Source: an uncultured Halobacteriales archaeon | Lineage (GTDB): Archaea > Halobacteriota > Halobacteria > Halobacteriales > Haloarculaceae | Direction: 5' to 3' | Length of the DNA: 47,991 nucleotides | NCBI GenBank assembly: GCA_964459695.1 | Contig: CAYWNQ010000001.1 | Span: forward strand, 1-47,991 | In this document: piece by piece, positions 1 through 8,207 of the stretch | Layout of the letters: each line of letters begins with the position of its first letter | Position numbering within the stretch: the first letter of the stretch is position 1 | The notes under the pieces: model-generated | The model's input: only the letters and a program-made list of their open reading frames with translations | What the model was told of the DNA's origin: nothing | Databases searched by the model: none | Position numbers and translations under genes: made by a program

Positions 1-922
1 TCCGCGGACAGCCGGTGTTGACGTAGGCGTCGAGCCCGAAGTTCGTCAGCCGGTCGGGCGTCACCTCGTCCATCGTCAGCAGGTAGGCGTCGTCGTCGGC
101 GTCGACGATGCGCTCGGCGGTCTCCCACCGGCCCTGGCCGATCTTGGTGCAGTAGATGACGCCCCAGCGCTCGGCGTCCATGGCGGCGTGGACCGCCGCG
201 TAGCGCTGGCGCATGAACCGCTCGGCGTCGGCGACGGTGACGACGTTGTTGACGGGGTCGGCGATGACGACGTGCTTGTCGGGGTGCTCCATCGCGAGGC
301 CCAGCGGGTGGAACTTGCCGCCGCCGACGTACAGCACCTGGTCGGCGGCGAGGTCGGCGGAGGCGTAGTTGCACCCCAGCACCTGGCCCTCGTGGGTCAG
401 CCGCTCGTCGCCGCGGCGGGTGTGGACCTCGTAGCCCCGGTCCTCGAGGGTCGCCCGCATCTCGTCGAACCGGTTCATGTGCTGGGCCGTCGTGACGAGC
501 CCGACGTCGCCGTCCTCGCCCGGCGCCGCCAGCTCCTCGTCGGTCGCCCGCTCGACGATGGGCGTCACCTCGACGTTCGAGAACAGCGGGACGTAGACCA
601 CCTTGTCGGACTCCTTCATCGGAGAGTGGCCGAAGTGGACGAACACGTCCGACCGCCGCATCAGCTCGGTGTCGAGGTCGCAGGCGCCGTAGCAGGGCTG
701 GCCGGAGATGAGGACCGTGACGTCGTCGTCGAGCAACGCCCGGAGGTCGTCGGCGACCGCCGGGGCGCGCCGCTTCAGCCCCTCCGGGAACTGGAGGGCG
801 ACCGACGATGCCGACCGCTCGGCGACCGCGTCGACGATGCGGTCGAGCTCGTAGTCCCAGGTGCGGTCGTGCTTGAGGGCCATCCCCGTACGCGTGAGGT
901 CGCCCGCCCGCTGCTCGCTCAT
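1..922 (-). CDS. dph2: diphthamide synthesis enzyme Dph2 (2-(3-amino-3-carboxypropyl)histidine synthase); C-terminus lies beyond the left edge
   Basis: Missing from the ORF track only because it runs off the window edge. The reverse strand from ATG (comp. 920-922) reads MSEQRAGDLTRTGMALKHDRTWDYELDRIV..QFPEGLKRRA..GQPCYGACD..HFGHS..TTAQHMN..GQVLGCNY..GGGKFHPLGLA..NTGCPR, the conserved archaeal Dph2 blocks. GC3 is high. The + ORF 188-949 is its antisense shadow. Confidence 0.9.
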   Translation of the reverse strand, partial: MSEQRAGDLTRTGMALKHDRTWDYELDRIVDAVAERSASSVALQFPEGLKRRAPAVADDLRALLDDDVTVLISGQPCYGACDLDTELMRRSDVFVHFGHSPMKESDKVVYVPLFSNVEVTPIVERATDEELAAPGEDGDVGLVTTAQHMNRFDEMRATLEDRGYEVHTRRGDERLTHEGQVLGCNYASADLAADQVLYVGGGKFHPLGLAMEHPDKHVVIADPVNNVVTVADAERFMRQRYAAVHAAMDAERWGVIYCTKIGQGRWETAERIVDADDDAYLLTMDEVTPDRLTNFGLDAYVNTGCPR

Positions 923-1012
923 CACCCGGGATTGTCCCCCGACCGGTAAAACCCCCGCGTTCCAACTCGACCGTCCGGAGGCCTTTAGGCCCGAGGGGAC
1001 AAGTCACGGCCG

Positions 1013-1408
1013 ATGAGCATCGACACACCCGCAGCCGACGCCGAGGCCACCGATGTCGACGCCCTGGCCGCCGACCTCGGCGACGCCATCGCCGACCTGC
1101 CGGAGTACCGCCGCTTCGCCGAGGCCAAGGCCGACGTCGAGGCCGACGAGGCGGCCCAGGAACACATCCGGGAGTTCGAACAGCTCCGCGAGGAGTTCAT
1201 GCTCGCCCGCCAGACGGGCGACGCCACCAACGAGGACCTCCGGGAGCTCCAGGCCGCCCAGGAGGAGCTCCACGACGTCCCCGTGATGGCCGACTTCCTC
1301 GAGGCCAAGTCCGACCTGGAGCTCCGGCTCCAGGAGCTCAACGAGCGCATCTCCGACCCGCTGGCGGTCGACTTCGGCGAGAAGGCCGGCGGGTGCTGTC
1401 AGGACTAG
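1013..1408 (+). CDS. YlbF/YmcA-like small helical protein
   Basis: 131-aa acidic helical ORF (..LPEYRRFAEAKADVEADEAAQEHIREFEQLREEF..DLRELQAAQEEL..FLEAKSDLELRLQELNERIS..CCQD), matching the YlbF/UPF0342 pattern. A TTTAGG TATA-like box lies at 985-990, 23-28 nt upstream of the ATG. Confidence 0.7.
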   Translation: MSIDTPAADAEATDVDALAADLGDAIADLPEYRRFAEAKADVEADEAAQEHIREFEQLREEFMLARQTGDATNEDLRELQAAQEELHDVPVMADFLEAKSDLELRLQELNERISDPLAVDFGEKAGGCCQD

Positions 1409-1711
1409 GCTCGGTCGCTCGCGGTATCGTCGTTGTCCGCGGTCGCTGCCCTTGCTGGACCCCGCTCTGTCGTGGTGATGACGATACCGCCCGGTAACCC
1501 CGGCCGCCCGAGTCGAGCGTACGGGGGGCTTTCCGGCGGTGCTCCGCGGTTCAGGCACGAACAGCGGTCGGCGGAGGCGGTCAGCAGACGCGTAACGGGA
1601 GGCGCCATATCCGGTCGATGCAATCGCTCGTTCGAGCGCTTCATCCACGTCCACCACCAACGGTGCCCAGGGACCGACACGACCATATGCCGGCCCACGC
1701 CACGCCCCGCC

Positions 1712-2536
1712 ATGGTCACCAGCGACTGGGGCGACTGGCTGCCCCGGGCCGTCGCCGACGACGACCCGGAGGGCGTCGCGGTGTGGTACCTCGGCTGCAA
1801 CGGCTTCGTCCTGACGAGCGGCGACACCACCGTCTTCGTCGACCCGTACCTCGGGACCGGCGACCCGCCCCGGACCGTCCGGATGATCCCGGTGCCGTTC
1901 GACCCCACCGACGTCGAGGCGGCCGACGCGGTGCTGGCCACCCACGAGCACAGCGACCACGTCCACGGGCCCTCGCAGGCGCCGCTGCTGGAGGCGGGCG
2001 CCACCTTCGTCGGCCCGGACGACTCGCTGGCCGTCGCCCGCGAGGAGGGCTGGGCCGACGACTGGGACGTCGACCCGGAGGGGTTCCGCGAGGTGGCTGC
2101 CGGCGACCGGTTCGAGGTCGGCCCCTTCACCGTCCACGTCGAGGCGGCGAACGACCCGGACGCGACGCAGCCGGTGTCGTACGTCCTCGAGCACGACGCG
2201 GGGACGTTCTTCCACGGCGGCGACGCCCGGCCCGGCGAGCCGTTCGCCGACGTCGGCGCCCGCTACGACCTCGACCTGGGGGCGCTGGCGTTCGGCTCCG
2301 CCGGGACCATCCTCGACAAGGAGACGCGCGAGCCGACCTACACCGAGTGGTACGCCGACGAGAACCAGGTGGTCGAGGCGGCCCGCCAGCTGGAGCTCGA
2401 CCGGCTCGTGCCGACCCACTGGGACATGTGGAAGGGCCTGACGGCGGACCCGACGGCACTCCACGACCACGTCCAGTCGTTCGAGTACCCGCGGCGGCTG
2501 GAGCTGCTGGAGATCGGCGACCGCACGTCGGTCTGA
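1712..2536 (+). CDS. MBL-fold metallo-hydrolase (UlaG-like)
   Basis: The in-frame ATG at 1712 within ORF 1433-2536 starts the acidic part MVTSDWGDW..VWYLGCNGFVL..VFVDPYL..ATHEHSDHVHG (HxHxDH metallo-beta-lactamase motif). The upstream part of the ORF is Arg/Gly-rich and looks non-coding. Confidence 0.85.
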   Translation: MVTSDWGDWLPRAVADDDPEGVAVWYLGCNGFVLTSGDTTVFVDPYLGTGDPPRTVRMIPVPFDPTDVEAADAVLATHEHSDHVHGPSQAPLLEAGATFVGPDDSLAVAREEGWADDWDVDPEGFREVAAGDRFEVGPFTVHVEAANDPDATQPVSYVLEHDAGTFFHGGDARPGEPFADVGARYDLDLGALAFGSAGTILDKETREPTYTEWYADENQVVEAARQLELDRLVPTHWDMWKGLTADPTALHDHVQSFEYPRRLELLEIGDRTSV

Positions 2537-2598
2537 GACCGTCAGACGTTCCGACTCCGGGCGGTTCGACGCTCGATTCGCGGCGTGTCTTTATAGGC

Positions 2599-2618
2599 GA
2601 CGAACGAGCACGTTCGTC
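2599..2618. promoter_or_regulatory. perfect 8+8 palindrome (gacgaacg-agca-cgttcgtc) between the TATA box and the start codon of the coiled-coil gene
   Basis: gacgaacg (2599-2606) and cgttcgtc (2611-2618) are exact reverse complements. A TATA-like ctttatagg box lies at 2589-2597 and the ATG at 2622. Confidence 0.5.
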
Positions 2619-2621
2619 TCC

Positions 2622-3812
2622 ATGACCAACCTCGAGGAGGCCAGCATCGTCGTCGAGCACGACGGGGTGACCGTCCACAAGAGCTTCGAGGACGAGGACT
2701 TCCCGGTGCCGGCCATCGCGTTCGAGGTGCACGCCGACCGCCAGGAGGCCGTCGACGTGACCATCACCGACGTGGTGCCGCCGGAGGTACCCTCGGAGAA
2801 CATCGGGTTCCACCCCGAGTTCGGCGCCGAGTTCTGGTCCATCGAGGGCGACGACATCGTGTTCGAGCGGCGGTTCGACGCGGGCGAGGAGTACACCACC
2901 GTCTACGGCATCCGGCCCGAGCAGGTCGACGACGTCGAGAGCCACCTCGAGGAGCCCGACCTCGCGACGTCGCCCGCCGGGAGCCTGGCCGGCTCCGACG
3001 AGATCGGCGGCGTCGACGGCGACATCACCGTCGAGCCGCTGGACCTGGACGCCGACGTCGACGCCGACGAACCCGACCAGCACGAGGAGCCCGACCCCTC
3101 GCCCGGGGACGGCGTCGACGGGGAGGGACCGCCCCGGACCGACTCGCCCGAGGAGGGCGTCGTCGCCGCCCTGGCAGCGGAGATCCGGTCTGGCGAGGTC
3201 GACGACGCCGAGCTCCGGGCGCTCAGGGAGGCGCTGCTCGACGTCGACCCCGAGGGCGCCGGCGACAGCCAGGACGCCCGCGTCGCCCATCTCCAGGCCG
3301 CCGTCAGCGACCTCCGGGCCTACACCGACGCGATGGAGCGGTTCCTCGACGAGAACGGCGGGGGCCGGGCGGCGATCACGGACCTGCGCGAGCAGGTGAC
3401 TGCGGTTGAGTCCGAGGTCGAGGCCCTCGAGGACCGGACCGAGGACACCGCCGACCTCGCCCACAGACTCGGCTCCGACGTCGAGGAGCTGACCGGGGAT
3501 CTCGAGACGATCGACGACCGGCTCGCCGACCTCGAGGCCGGCATGGACGGAGCCCGCGACGAGGTGGCCGACGTCGAGGCGGAGGTCGAGACCGTCTACG
3601 AGGAGCTCGACGACCTCCACGTCGACGTCGAGGAGCTCACGGCTGACCTCGAGACGGTCCGCGAGGAGTCGGGCGGCGCGGACGACGTGGACGACCGGCT
3701 GACCGCGCTGGAGGACGACGTCGACGCCATCCGGCGCGACCTCGAGGACCTCGCGGAGATGCGCGACCGGATGGCGTCGGTGTTCGGGGCCCTCGACGCC
3801 GACGGCGAGTGA
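2622..3812 (+). CDS. acidic protein with an N-terminal globular domain and a long C-terminal coiled coil; function unknown
   Basis: 396-aa ORF with good GC3. The N-terminal ~110 aa read MTNLEEASIVVEHDGVTVHKSFEDEDFPVPAIAFEVH.. Next comes a D/E/P-rich linker, then heptad-like repeats (DLETIDDRLADLEAGMDGARDEVADVEAEVETVYEELDDLHVDVEELTADLETVREE). Confidence 0.75.
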   Translation: MTNLEEASIVVEHDGVTVHKSFEDEDFPVPAIAFEVHADRQEAVDVTITDVVPPEVPSENIGFHPEFGAEFWSIEGDDIVFERRFDAGEEYTTVYGIRPEQVDDVESHLEEPDLATSPAGSLAGSDEIGGVDGDITVEPLDLDADVDADEPDQHEEPDPSPGDGVDGEGPPRTDSPEEGVVAALAAEIRSGEVDDAELRALREALLDVDPEGAGDSQDARVAHLQAAVSDLRAYTDAMERFLDENGGGRAAITDLREQVTAVESEVEALEDRTEDTADLAHRLGSDVEELTGDLETIDDRLADLEAGMDGARDEVADVEAEVETVYEELDDLHVDVEELTADLETVREESGGADDVDDRLTALEDDVDAIRRDLEDLAEMRDRMASVFGALDADGE

Positions 3813-3831
3813 ACGTCGGCTCGCACTCTTC

Positions 3832-4968
3832 TCAGGACTCCCGCCGCCACTGGACGGCCATCACCGACGCGCTCGCGAGCAGGCAGCCGGCCAGTCCGGC
3901 GAACGCGGCGCCGTAGCCGGCGACCGTCGAGACGACCCCCATGTAGGTCGCCCCGAACGCGCCGACGCCGAGGAACAGTGCCCGGGCCGCTCCCAGGTCG
4001 CCGCCGGCGTTCTCCGCCGGGGCGACGTCGAGCAGGAGCGCGTCCACGAGGGGGAACTGGGCCTTGTAGCCGACCGCCATCACGCAGACCGCCGCGAAGA
4101 CCGCCAGCCGGCCGCCGGCCACCACGAGGCCGGCCATCGCGGCGACGGCCACCAGGAGGCCCCCGATGCCGATGGCGTGGCGGCTCATCCGGTCCGAGAG
4201 GCTGCCGGCCATCGGCTTCACGCCGGCGCCGACGACGAAGACGAGCGCGAACCCGAGGCTCGCCGTGGCCTCGGTGAACGTCTTGGCCTCCTGGAGGTAC
4301 GTCGGGAGGAAGTTGATGAACGCGCCGACGAAGAAGTAGAACAGCGCGTAGGCCACGAGCACCTCCCGCTGGCGGCGCGTCGTGGCCAGCCGCCGGACGG
4401 TGTCGCCGAGCTCGAGGTCGACGTGCTCGAGCGTGTAGTGCTCCCGGTTCCAGAGCGCGTAGAGACCTGCGAGCGCCACCAGCACCCCCGCGATCGGGAC
4501 GAACGGGCCGCGCCAGGTGGCGTAGGCGAGCGCCGCGACCGCGAGCCCCGAGGCGAGGATACCACCCACGTCGGTCCCGGCGGTGTAGATGCCCAGTGCC
4601 CGCCCGCGCCGGGAGACGAACAGCTCCGACACGAGCGCCCGGGTGGGGATGGCGAACAGGCCCTTCCCGACCCCGAGCAGCAGCGTTCCGGCGACGAAGA
4701 CCGCGTAGGTGCGGGCGTTCGCCACGGCCAGGAAGGCGGCGACGAGGACGAGCAGACCGGGCACGACCAGCGTCGCCCGGCCGAGCCGGTCCGACCACCG
4801 GCCTGCGGGATACTGGGTGACGGCGTAGGTGAGCTGGAACCCTGTGAGGGCGAACCCCGCGGTGGCCTTCGTGATCGAGAGGTCCTCGATGATCGCCGGT
4901 AGGAGCGGCGAGAGGAGGAACCGGCCGGTCTGGAGCGCCGCCCAGGCCAGCGACAGGGCGAGCAGCAT
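3832..4968 (-). CDS. MFS transporter
   Basis: A 12-TM-like hydrophobic ORF with the MFS loop motif (YPAGRWSDRLGR..). The start is taken at ATG comp. 4966-4968 (MLLALSLAWAALQ..). An alternative GTG start lies at 5007. The N-terminal extension of the longer ORF to 5103 is Pro/Arg-rich. Confidence 0.85.
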   Translation of the reverse strand: MLLALSLAWAALQTGRFLLSPLLPAIIEDLSITKATAGFALTGFQLTYAVTQYPAGRWSDRLGRATLVVPGLLVLVAAFLAVANARTYAVFVAGTLLLGVGKGLFAIPTRALVSELFVSRRGRALGIYTAGTDVGGILASGLAVAALAYATWRGPFVPIAGVLVALAGLYALWNREHYTLEHVDLELGDTVRRLATTRRQREVLVAYALFYFFVGAFINFLPTYLQEAKTFTEATASLGFALVFVVGAGVKPMAGSLSDRMSRHAIGIGGLLVAVAAMAGLVVAGGRLAVFAAVCVMAVGYKAQFPLVDALLLDVAPAENAGGDLGAARALFLGVGAFGATYMGVVSTVAGYGAAFAGLAGCLLASASVMAVQWRRES

Positions 4969-5213
4969 CCGTCCGCCGTACCCCCGGAAGTCGTCGGTGG
5001 CTGTCACTGGTCCGGCGTCGGGACGGCGGGGCCTTGAGTGGGGTGTTTGGGGCAGGCGGGACCCGCTTTCACGTGTCGGCCCTCCGGGTGGGTGGACCTG
5101 CAAGGGGGTGGGTCAGTCCCCCTCCACCGAGCAGTTCACGTTCTCGGCCGAGAACCACGGTGGGACGGCGGCCGTCTCGGGTGGAGTGAACGGGTATCGG
5201 GGAGCCCGCAGTT

Positions 5214-5237
5214 CTGTATAGCGACATAGAGTTTACA
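5214..5237. repeat. left terminal inverted repeat (ctgtatagcgacatagagtttaca)
   Basis: Its reverse complement tgtaaactctatgtcgctatacag matches 8025-8048 (tataaactgtatatcgctatatca) at 18 of the first 21 positions by hand alignment. It lies 61 nt beyond the integrase stop codon. Confidence 0.6.
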
Positions 5238-5298
5238 CGGGGCTGGCTGTTCCGAAATCCGCCCTCCAGAAAGCGACACAATTCTGCCGAAAACGCCC

Positions 5299-6345
5299 TC
5301 ACACCACCGAGTAGATGTTCGCCTCGTACACCTCCCGCACCCGGTCGCCCCAGTTGTGGGTGTAGGTGTCGATGACGTCCTGGGCGACGTCGCCGCGCAG
5401 GTACTTGACGACGCCGCGGTCGCCGGTCCGGTCCCGGAGGTGGGTCGTGAAGAAGTGCCGGAAGTAGTGGGGCGTGACGTTGTCCTCGGCGTTCCCGCCG
5501 GCACGGTACCACCCGACTGCGGACGCGTGGTCGGCCACGATCGACCGGACCATCGCGGGCGTGACCCGCCGCCCCCACTCCCGCGTCGAGCAAAACAGGG
5601 GCTCGGCGGGCGACCTGGCCGTCGGCCGGATTGCGAGATATCGCCGGAGGGTCCGCTTGAGCTCGGCGTCGACCGGTATCACGGTCGAGCGTTTGCGCTT
5701 GTTCGACGCCGTCCGCTCCTCGCCGCCGACCACGTCGCCCCGCGAGACGTCGCTGGCGACGAACAGCGAGCCCGGACGGCCGTCGAGCGTGCCGCGGTGG
5801 TCCACGTCGTAGGCCGCCTGCACGTCCGGATCCGCGAGGTGCAGGTCCCGGAGGTCGAGGTTGCACAACTCGCCCACCCGGACGCCGGTCTTGACCAGCG
5901 TCACCACCAGCGCACGGTCCAGCGGGTGGGTGATGTCGCGGACGAAGGCCCCCATCCCGGCAACAGAGACCTCCCGGCGCGCCGGGTCGGTGTCGACGGA
6001 CTCGTCCATCTCCTCCATCACGAGGGTCATGGGGTTCGCGTCGAACTCGCCCACCTGGGTCATGTAGGCGTAGAACCGGTGGACGTAGGAGGCGTACGTC
6101 GCGACGGTCGACGACGCGAGGTCCCCGCGGATGCGGTGGACCCACGCCATGCACTCGTGGCGCGTCGCCTCCGGCAGGGAGGTGTTCCTGTCGGCCACGT
6201 AGGCCTCGAACCGCCGCAGGACGCGCTCGTATGCGTCTCGCGTCCGCCGGGTCTTGCCGTGGTACTCCAGGTCCTCGAGGAAGTAGCCGACGGGGTCGTC
6301 GCTCGCGTCGACCGACGGCCCCTCGCGCTCGCCGGCCTCACTCAT
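5299..6345 (-). CDS. tyrosine recombinase / phage-type integrase (XerC/D-like)
   Basis: 348 aa. The N-terminal SAM-like core-binding region reads RTRDAYERVLRRFEAYV. The catalytic blocks are VKTGVRVGELCNLDLRDL (Arg), TPHYFRHFFTTHL (H-x-x-R) and VIDTYTHNW (Tyr). Confidence 0.92.
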   Translation of the reverse strand: MSEAGEREGPSVDASDDPVGYFLEDLEYHGKTRRTRDAYERVLRRFEAYVADRNTSLPEATRHECMAWVHRIRGDLASSTVATYASYVHRFYAYMTQVGEFDANPMTLVMEEMDESVDTDPARREVSVAGMGAFVRDITHPLDRALVVTLVKTGVRVGELCNLDLRDLHLADPDVQAAYDVDHRGTLDGRPGSLFVASDVSRGDVVGGEERTASNKRKRSTVIPVDAELKRTLRRYLAIRPTARSPAEPLFCSTREWGRRVTPAMVRSIVADHASAVGWYRAGGNAEDNVTPHYFRHFFTTHLRDRTGDRGVVKYLRGDVAQDVIDTYTHNWGDRVREVYEANIYSVV

Positions 6346-6760
6346 CCTCCACCACCCGGTAGCCGCCCTCCCGGGGACTGTGAACGACGGCGTTCTCGCT
6401 CTGGAGCTCGGCGATGGTCTCCTCCAGGCGGTCCTCGATGTCGTCGGTCAGCGCGGCAAGGAGCTCGTCCCACGAGCAGACCCCCTCCTCGGCGAGGACG
6501 TCGAGCACCCGGTCATCCAGGTCGTTACCCCCGGGGTCGGTGGGCGGAGCATCCGGCTCGACGGTGTTCCCGCCGTCGGCGTCGAAGTCGAAGTCCCGGA
6601 CGCCGGCCTGGACCATCGTGCGGACGAACTCGCTGGCGCTCATGTCCATCGACTCCGCGCGCTCGCGCCACTCCTCGCGCTGGTAGGCCGGGACGTAGGT
6701 CCGGACCGCGACCCGCTCGGTCTCCTCCTCGGCTGACATGTCCCCCGGTTCAGCGTCCAT
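6338..6760 (-). CDS. ribbon-helix-helix (CopG-like) DNA-binding protein coupled to the integrase
   Basis: RVAVRTYVPAYQREEWRERAESMDMSASEFVRTMVQAGV has a strand-helix-helix pattern, followed by an acidic C-terminal domain. It overlaps the integrase start by 8 nt. From memory it resembles the family often found upstream of haloarchaeal integrases (possibly DUF5805). An alternative start lies at 6739. Confidence 0.8.
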   Translation of the reverse strand: MDAEPGDMSAEEETERVAVRTYVPAYQREEWRERAESMDMSASEFVRTMVQAGVRDFDFDADGGNTVEPDAPPTDPGGNDLDDRVLDVLAEEGVCSWDELLAALTDDIEDRLEETIAELQSENAVVHSPREGGYRVVEDE

Positions 6761-7296
6761 CTACTTCAATCTGTGTCAGACATCTAGATAAAAGCCCTTA
6801 TCGTTCAATCTAATGCGTTCAGATCACCGATAGAGTCAGATATCGTGAATTCTGACACACTATTTTCAGTTGGCATTGTCAGAATAGGCGATAAGAGAAT
6901 ATGTCGAGAATTGTGGCTCCAGCGGGGAGCGGGACCGTTGCATCAACATGAACGTTTATTACAAACCACCTCCTGCGATCGGTACAGACAGATGCTCGGG
7001 ATCGTACGCGCGAACTGATTCTCCCCCGCCCGAGTACCGTCTCCGACCGCCACCGCCGTTCAACCGATGACAGCCACACGCCACACCGACGACATTGAAC
7101 CGCTCGTTCCCGAACTGCCGCCGGAGCCACGCACCGACGGTGGCCGGCCAGCTCCCCCCGAGCCGACGTCCGGCACACCGACCCGGGAACCCGGCCAACC
7201 CCAGAAGGGAATCAACCCGCTCGTCCCGGACCTCAGGTGAGGCCGTAGCGAGACTTTTTGGCAAGCCTAAAATACTCGCGCCGGATAGCGCCGGTG
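6761..7296. promoter_or_regulatory. AT-rich divergent control region with GTCAGA/TCTGAC repeats
   Basis: By hand count, 46 of 120 nt are G/C in 6781-6900. GTCAGA occurs at 6775, 6835 and 6878, and TCTGAC at 6851. tgtgtcaga (6772-6780) and tctgacaca (6851-6859) form a perfect 9-bp inverted repeat. GTCAGAYATC occurs twice (6775, 6835). A TATA-like cctaaaatac lies at 7266-7275, before the GT2 ATG. Confidence 0.55.
7067..7240 (+). CDS. possible 57-aa Pro-rich micro-ORF with an internal PLVP[ED]L repeat
   Basis: MTATRHTDDIEPLVPELPPEPRTDGGRPAPPEPTSGTPTREPGQPQKGINPLVPDLR. It is below the ORF-track length cut-off. Codon bias is mixed and I recognise no homology. Confidence 0.2.
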   Translation: MTATRHTDDIEPLVPELPPEPRTDGGRPAPPEPTSGTPTREPGQPQKGINPLVPDLR

Positions 7297-7998
7297 ATGA
7301 CAGCGGACTCGGAGGAGCCGTACACGTTCGACGACGTGAGCGTCGTCATGGGGACGTACGACGAGGAGGCGGCCGTCGGCTCTGTGCTGGCCGACGTCGA
7401 CCACGTCACCGACGGCCGCGCGGAGGTGGTCTGCGTCGACGGGTCCTCGGACAGGACCCCCGAGATCGCCCGCGAGCACGGCGCACGCGTCGTCGAGCAG
7501 GAGCCCCGGGGGTACGGGGTCGCCGTGAGCCGGGCGCTGCACGAGGCGTCGCGTCCCGTGGTCGTCACCACCGACTGCGACGACACCTATCCGATGGAGG
7601 CGCTGCCGCGGTTCCTCGAACGGATCAACGAGGGGTACGACGTCGTCAGCGGCGACCGGCTCTACCACGGTGCCGACGCAATGCCGTCGGCCAACCGCGT
7701 CGGCAACGCCGCGTTCGCTCTCCTGGCCTCGGTGCTGCTGGGCGAACGGGTCCACGACACCACGACCGGCATGCGTGCCTACCGGCGCGAGGTCGTCGAG
7801 TCCATCGAGTGGACCGAGAACACCGGGCTCTCCGCCGAGTTGCTCATCAGGCCACTGGCCCGGGGGTTCGACGTCGTCGAGGAGCCCATCGACTACCGCG
7901 AGCGGGCCGGGGAGACCACCCTGGATCCGCTGGCGGGCGGCGCTGCAATCGCCACCTCCATCGTCCGGGTGTGCGTCGAGGAACAGTTGGGTTCATGA
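7297..7998 (+). CDS. GT2 glycosyltransferase (Dpm1 / polyprenyl-phosphate-sugar synthase-like)
   Basis: VSVVMGTYDEEAAVGSVL..VVCVDGSSDRTPEIA..VVTTDCDDTYP..VVSGDR..TTGMRAYRR are GT-A/GT2 signatures with a DxD-type motif. The start is taken at ATG 7297 inside ORF 7258-7998. Confidence 0.85.
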   Translation: MTADSEEPYTFDDVSVVMGTYDEEAAVGSVLADVDHVTDGRAEVVCVDGSSDRTPEIAREHGARVVEQEPRGYGVAVSRALHEASRPVVVTTDCDDTYPMEALPRFLERINEGYDVVSGDRLYHGADAMPSANRVGNAAFALLASVLLGERVHDTTTGMRAYRREVVESIEWTENTGLSAELLIRPLARGFDVVEEPIDYRERAGETTLDPLAGGAAIATSIVRVCVEEQLGS

Positions 7999-8024
7999 CA
8001 GGAATCCTCTGGAGAGAAGCTAGC

Positions 8025-8048
8025 TATAAACTGTATATCGCTATATCA
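8025..8048. repeat. right terminal inverted repeat (tataaactgtatatcgctatatca)
   Basis: Partner of 5214-5237. It begins 26 nt after the GT2 stop codon and contains the near-palindrome tatatcgctata. Confidence 0.6.
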
Positions 8049-8207
8049 AATCGGTTCCCGTGCGGGACCAGAGAATCGCAGTATGGAATGCTACAAATCA
8101 GACGCTGACTGACAGGTCTCTGGACGCCCTGTCACGACGGCCCCAAGCCAGTTTGTCTGAGGTCGTCCGTGCTAACATATTTCCTCGATGCCGGGGTCAA
8201 GGAAGGT

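Larger units (their letters stand above)
5214..8048. mobile_element. integrase/RHH/GT2 cassette bounded by imperfect 24-nt inverted repeats
   Basis: See the two repeat features below. The genes diverge from a central AT-rich region, and each repeat lies just 3' of its outermost gene. Confidence 0.5.

Noticed and set aside
188-949. 253-aa + strand ORF at the left edge. Also 1004-2470 (-) and 2127-3620 (-).
   Set aside because: They are antisense to dph2, the YlbF-like gene, the MBL gene and the coiled-coil gene respectively. Their composition is dominated by G/V/R/D from GC-rich antisense codons.
5000-5298. The missing C-terminal half of the truncated TrmB paralog might lie at the left island border, as a split-gene signature of insertion.
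   Set aside because: Translating the reverse strand of 5000-5298 in all frames gave nothing resembling the TrmB effector domain. The insertion-into-trmB idea is therefore unsupported on this side.
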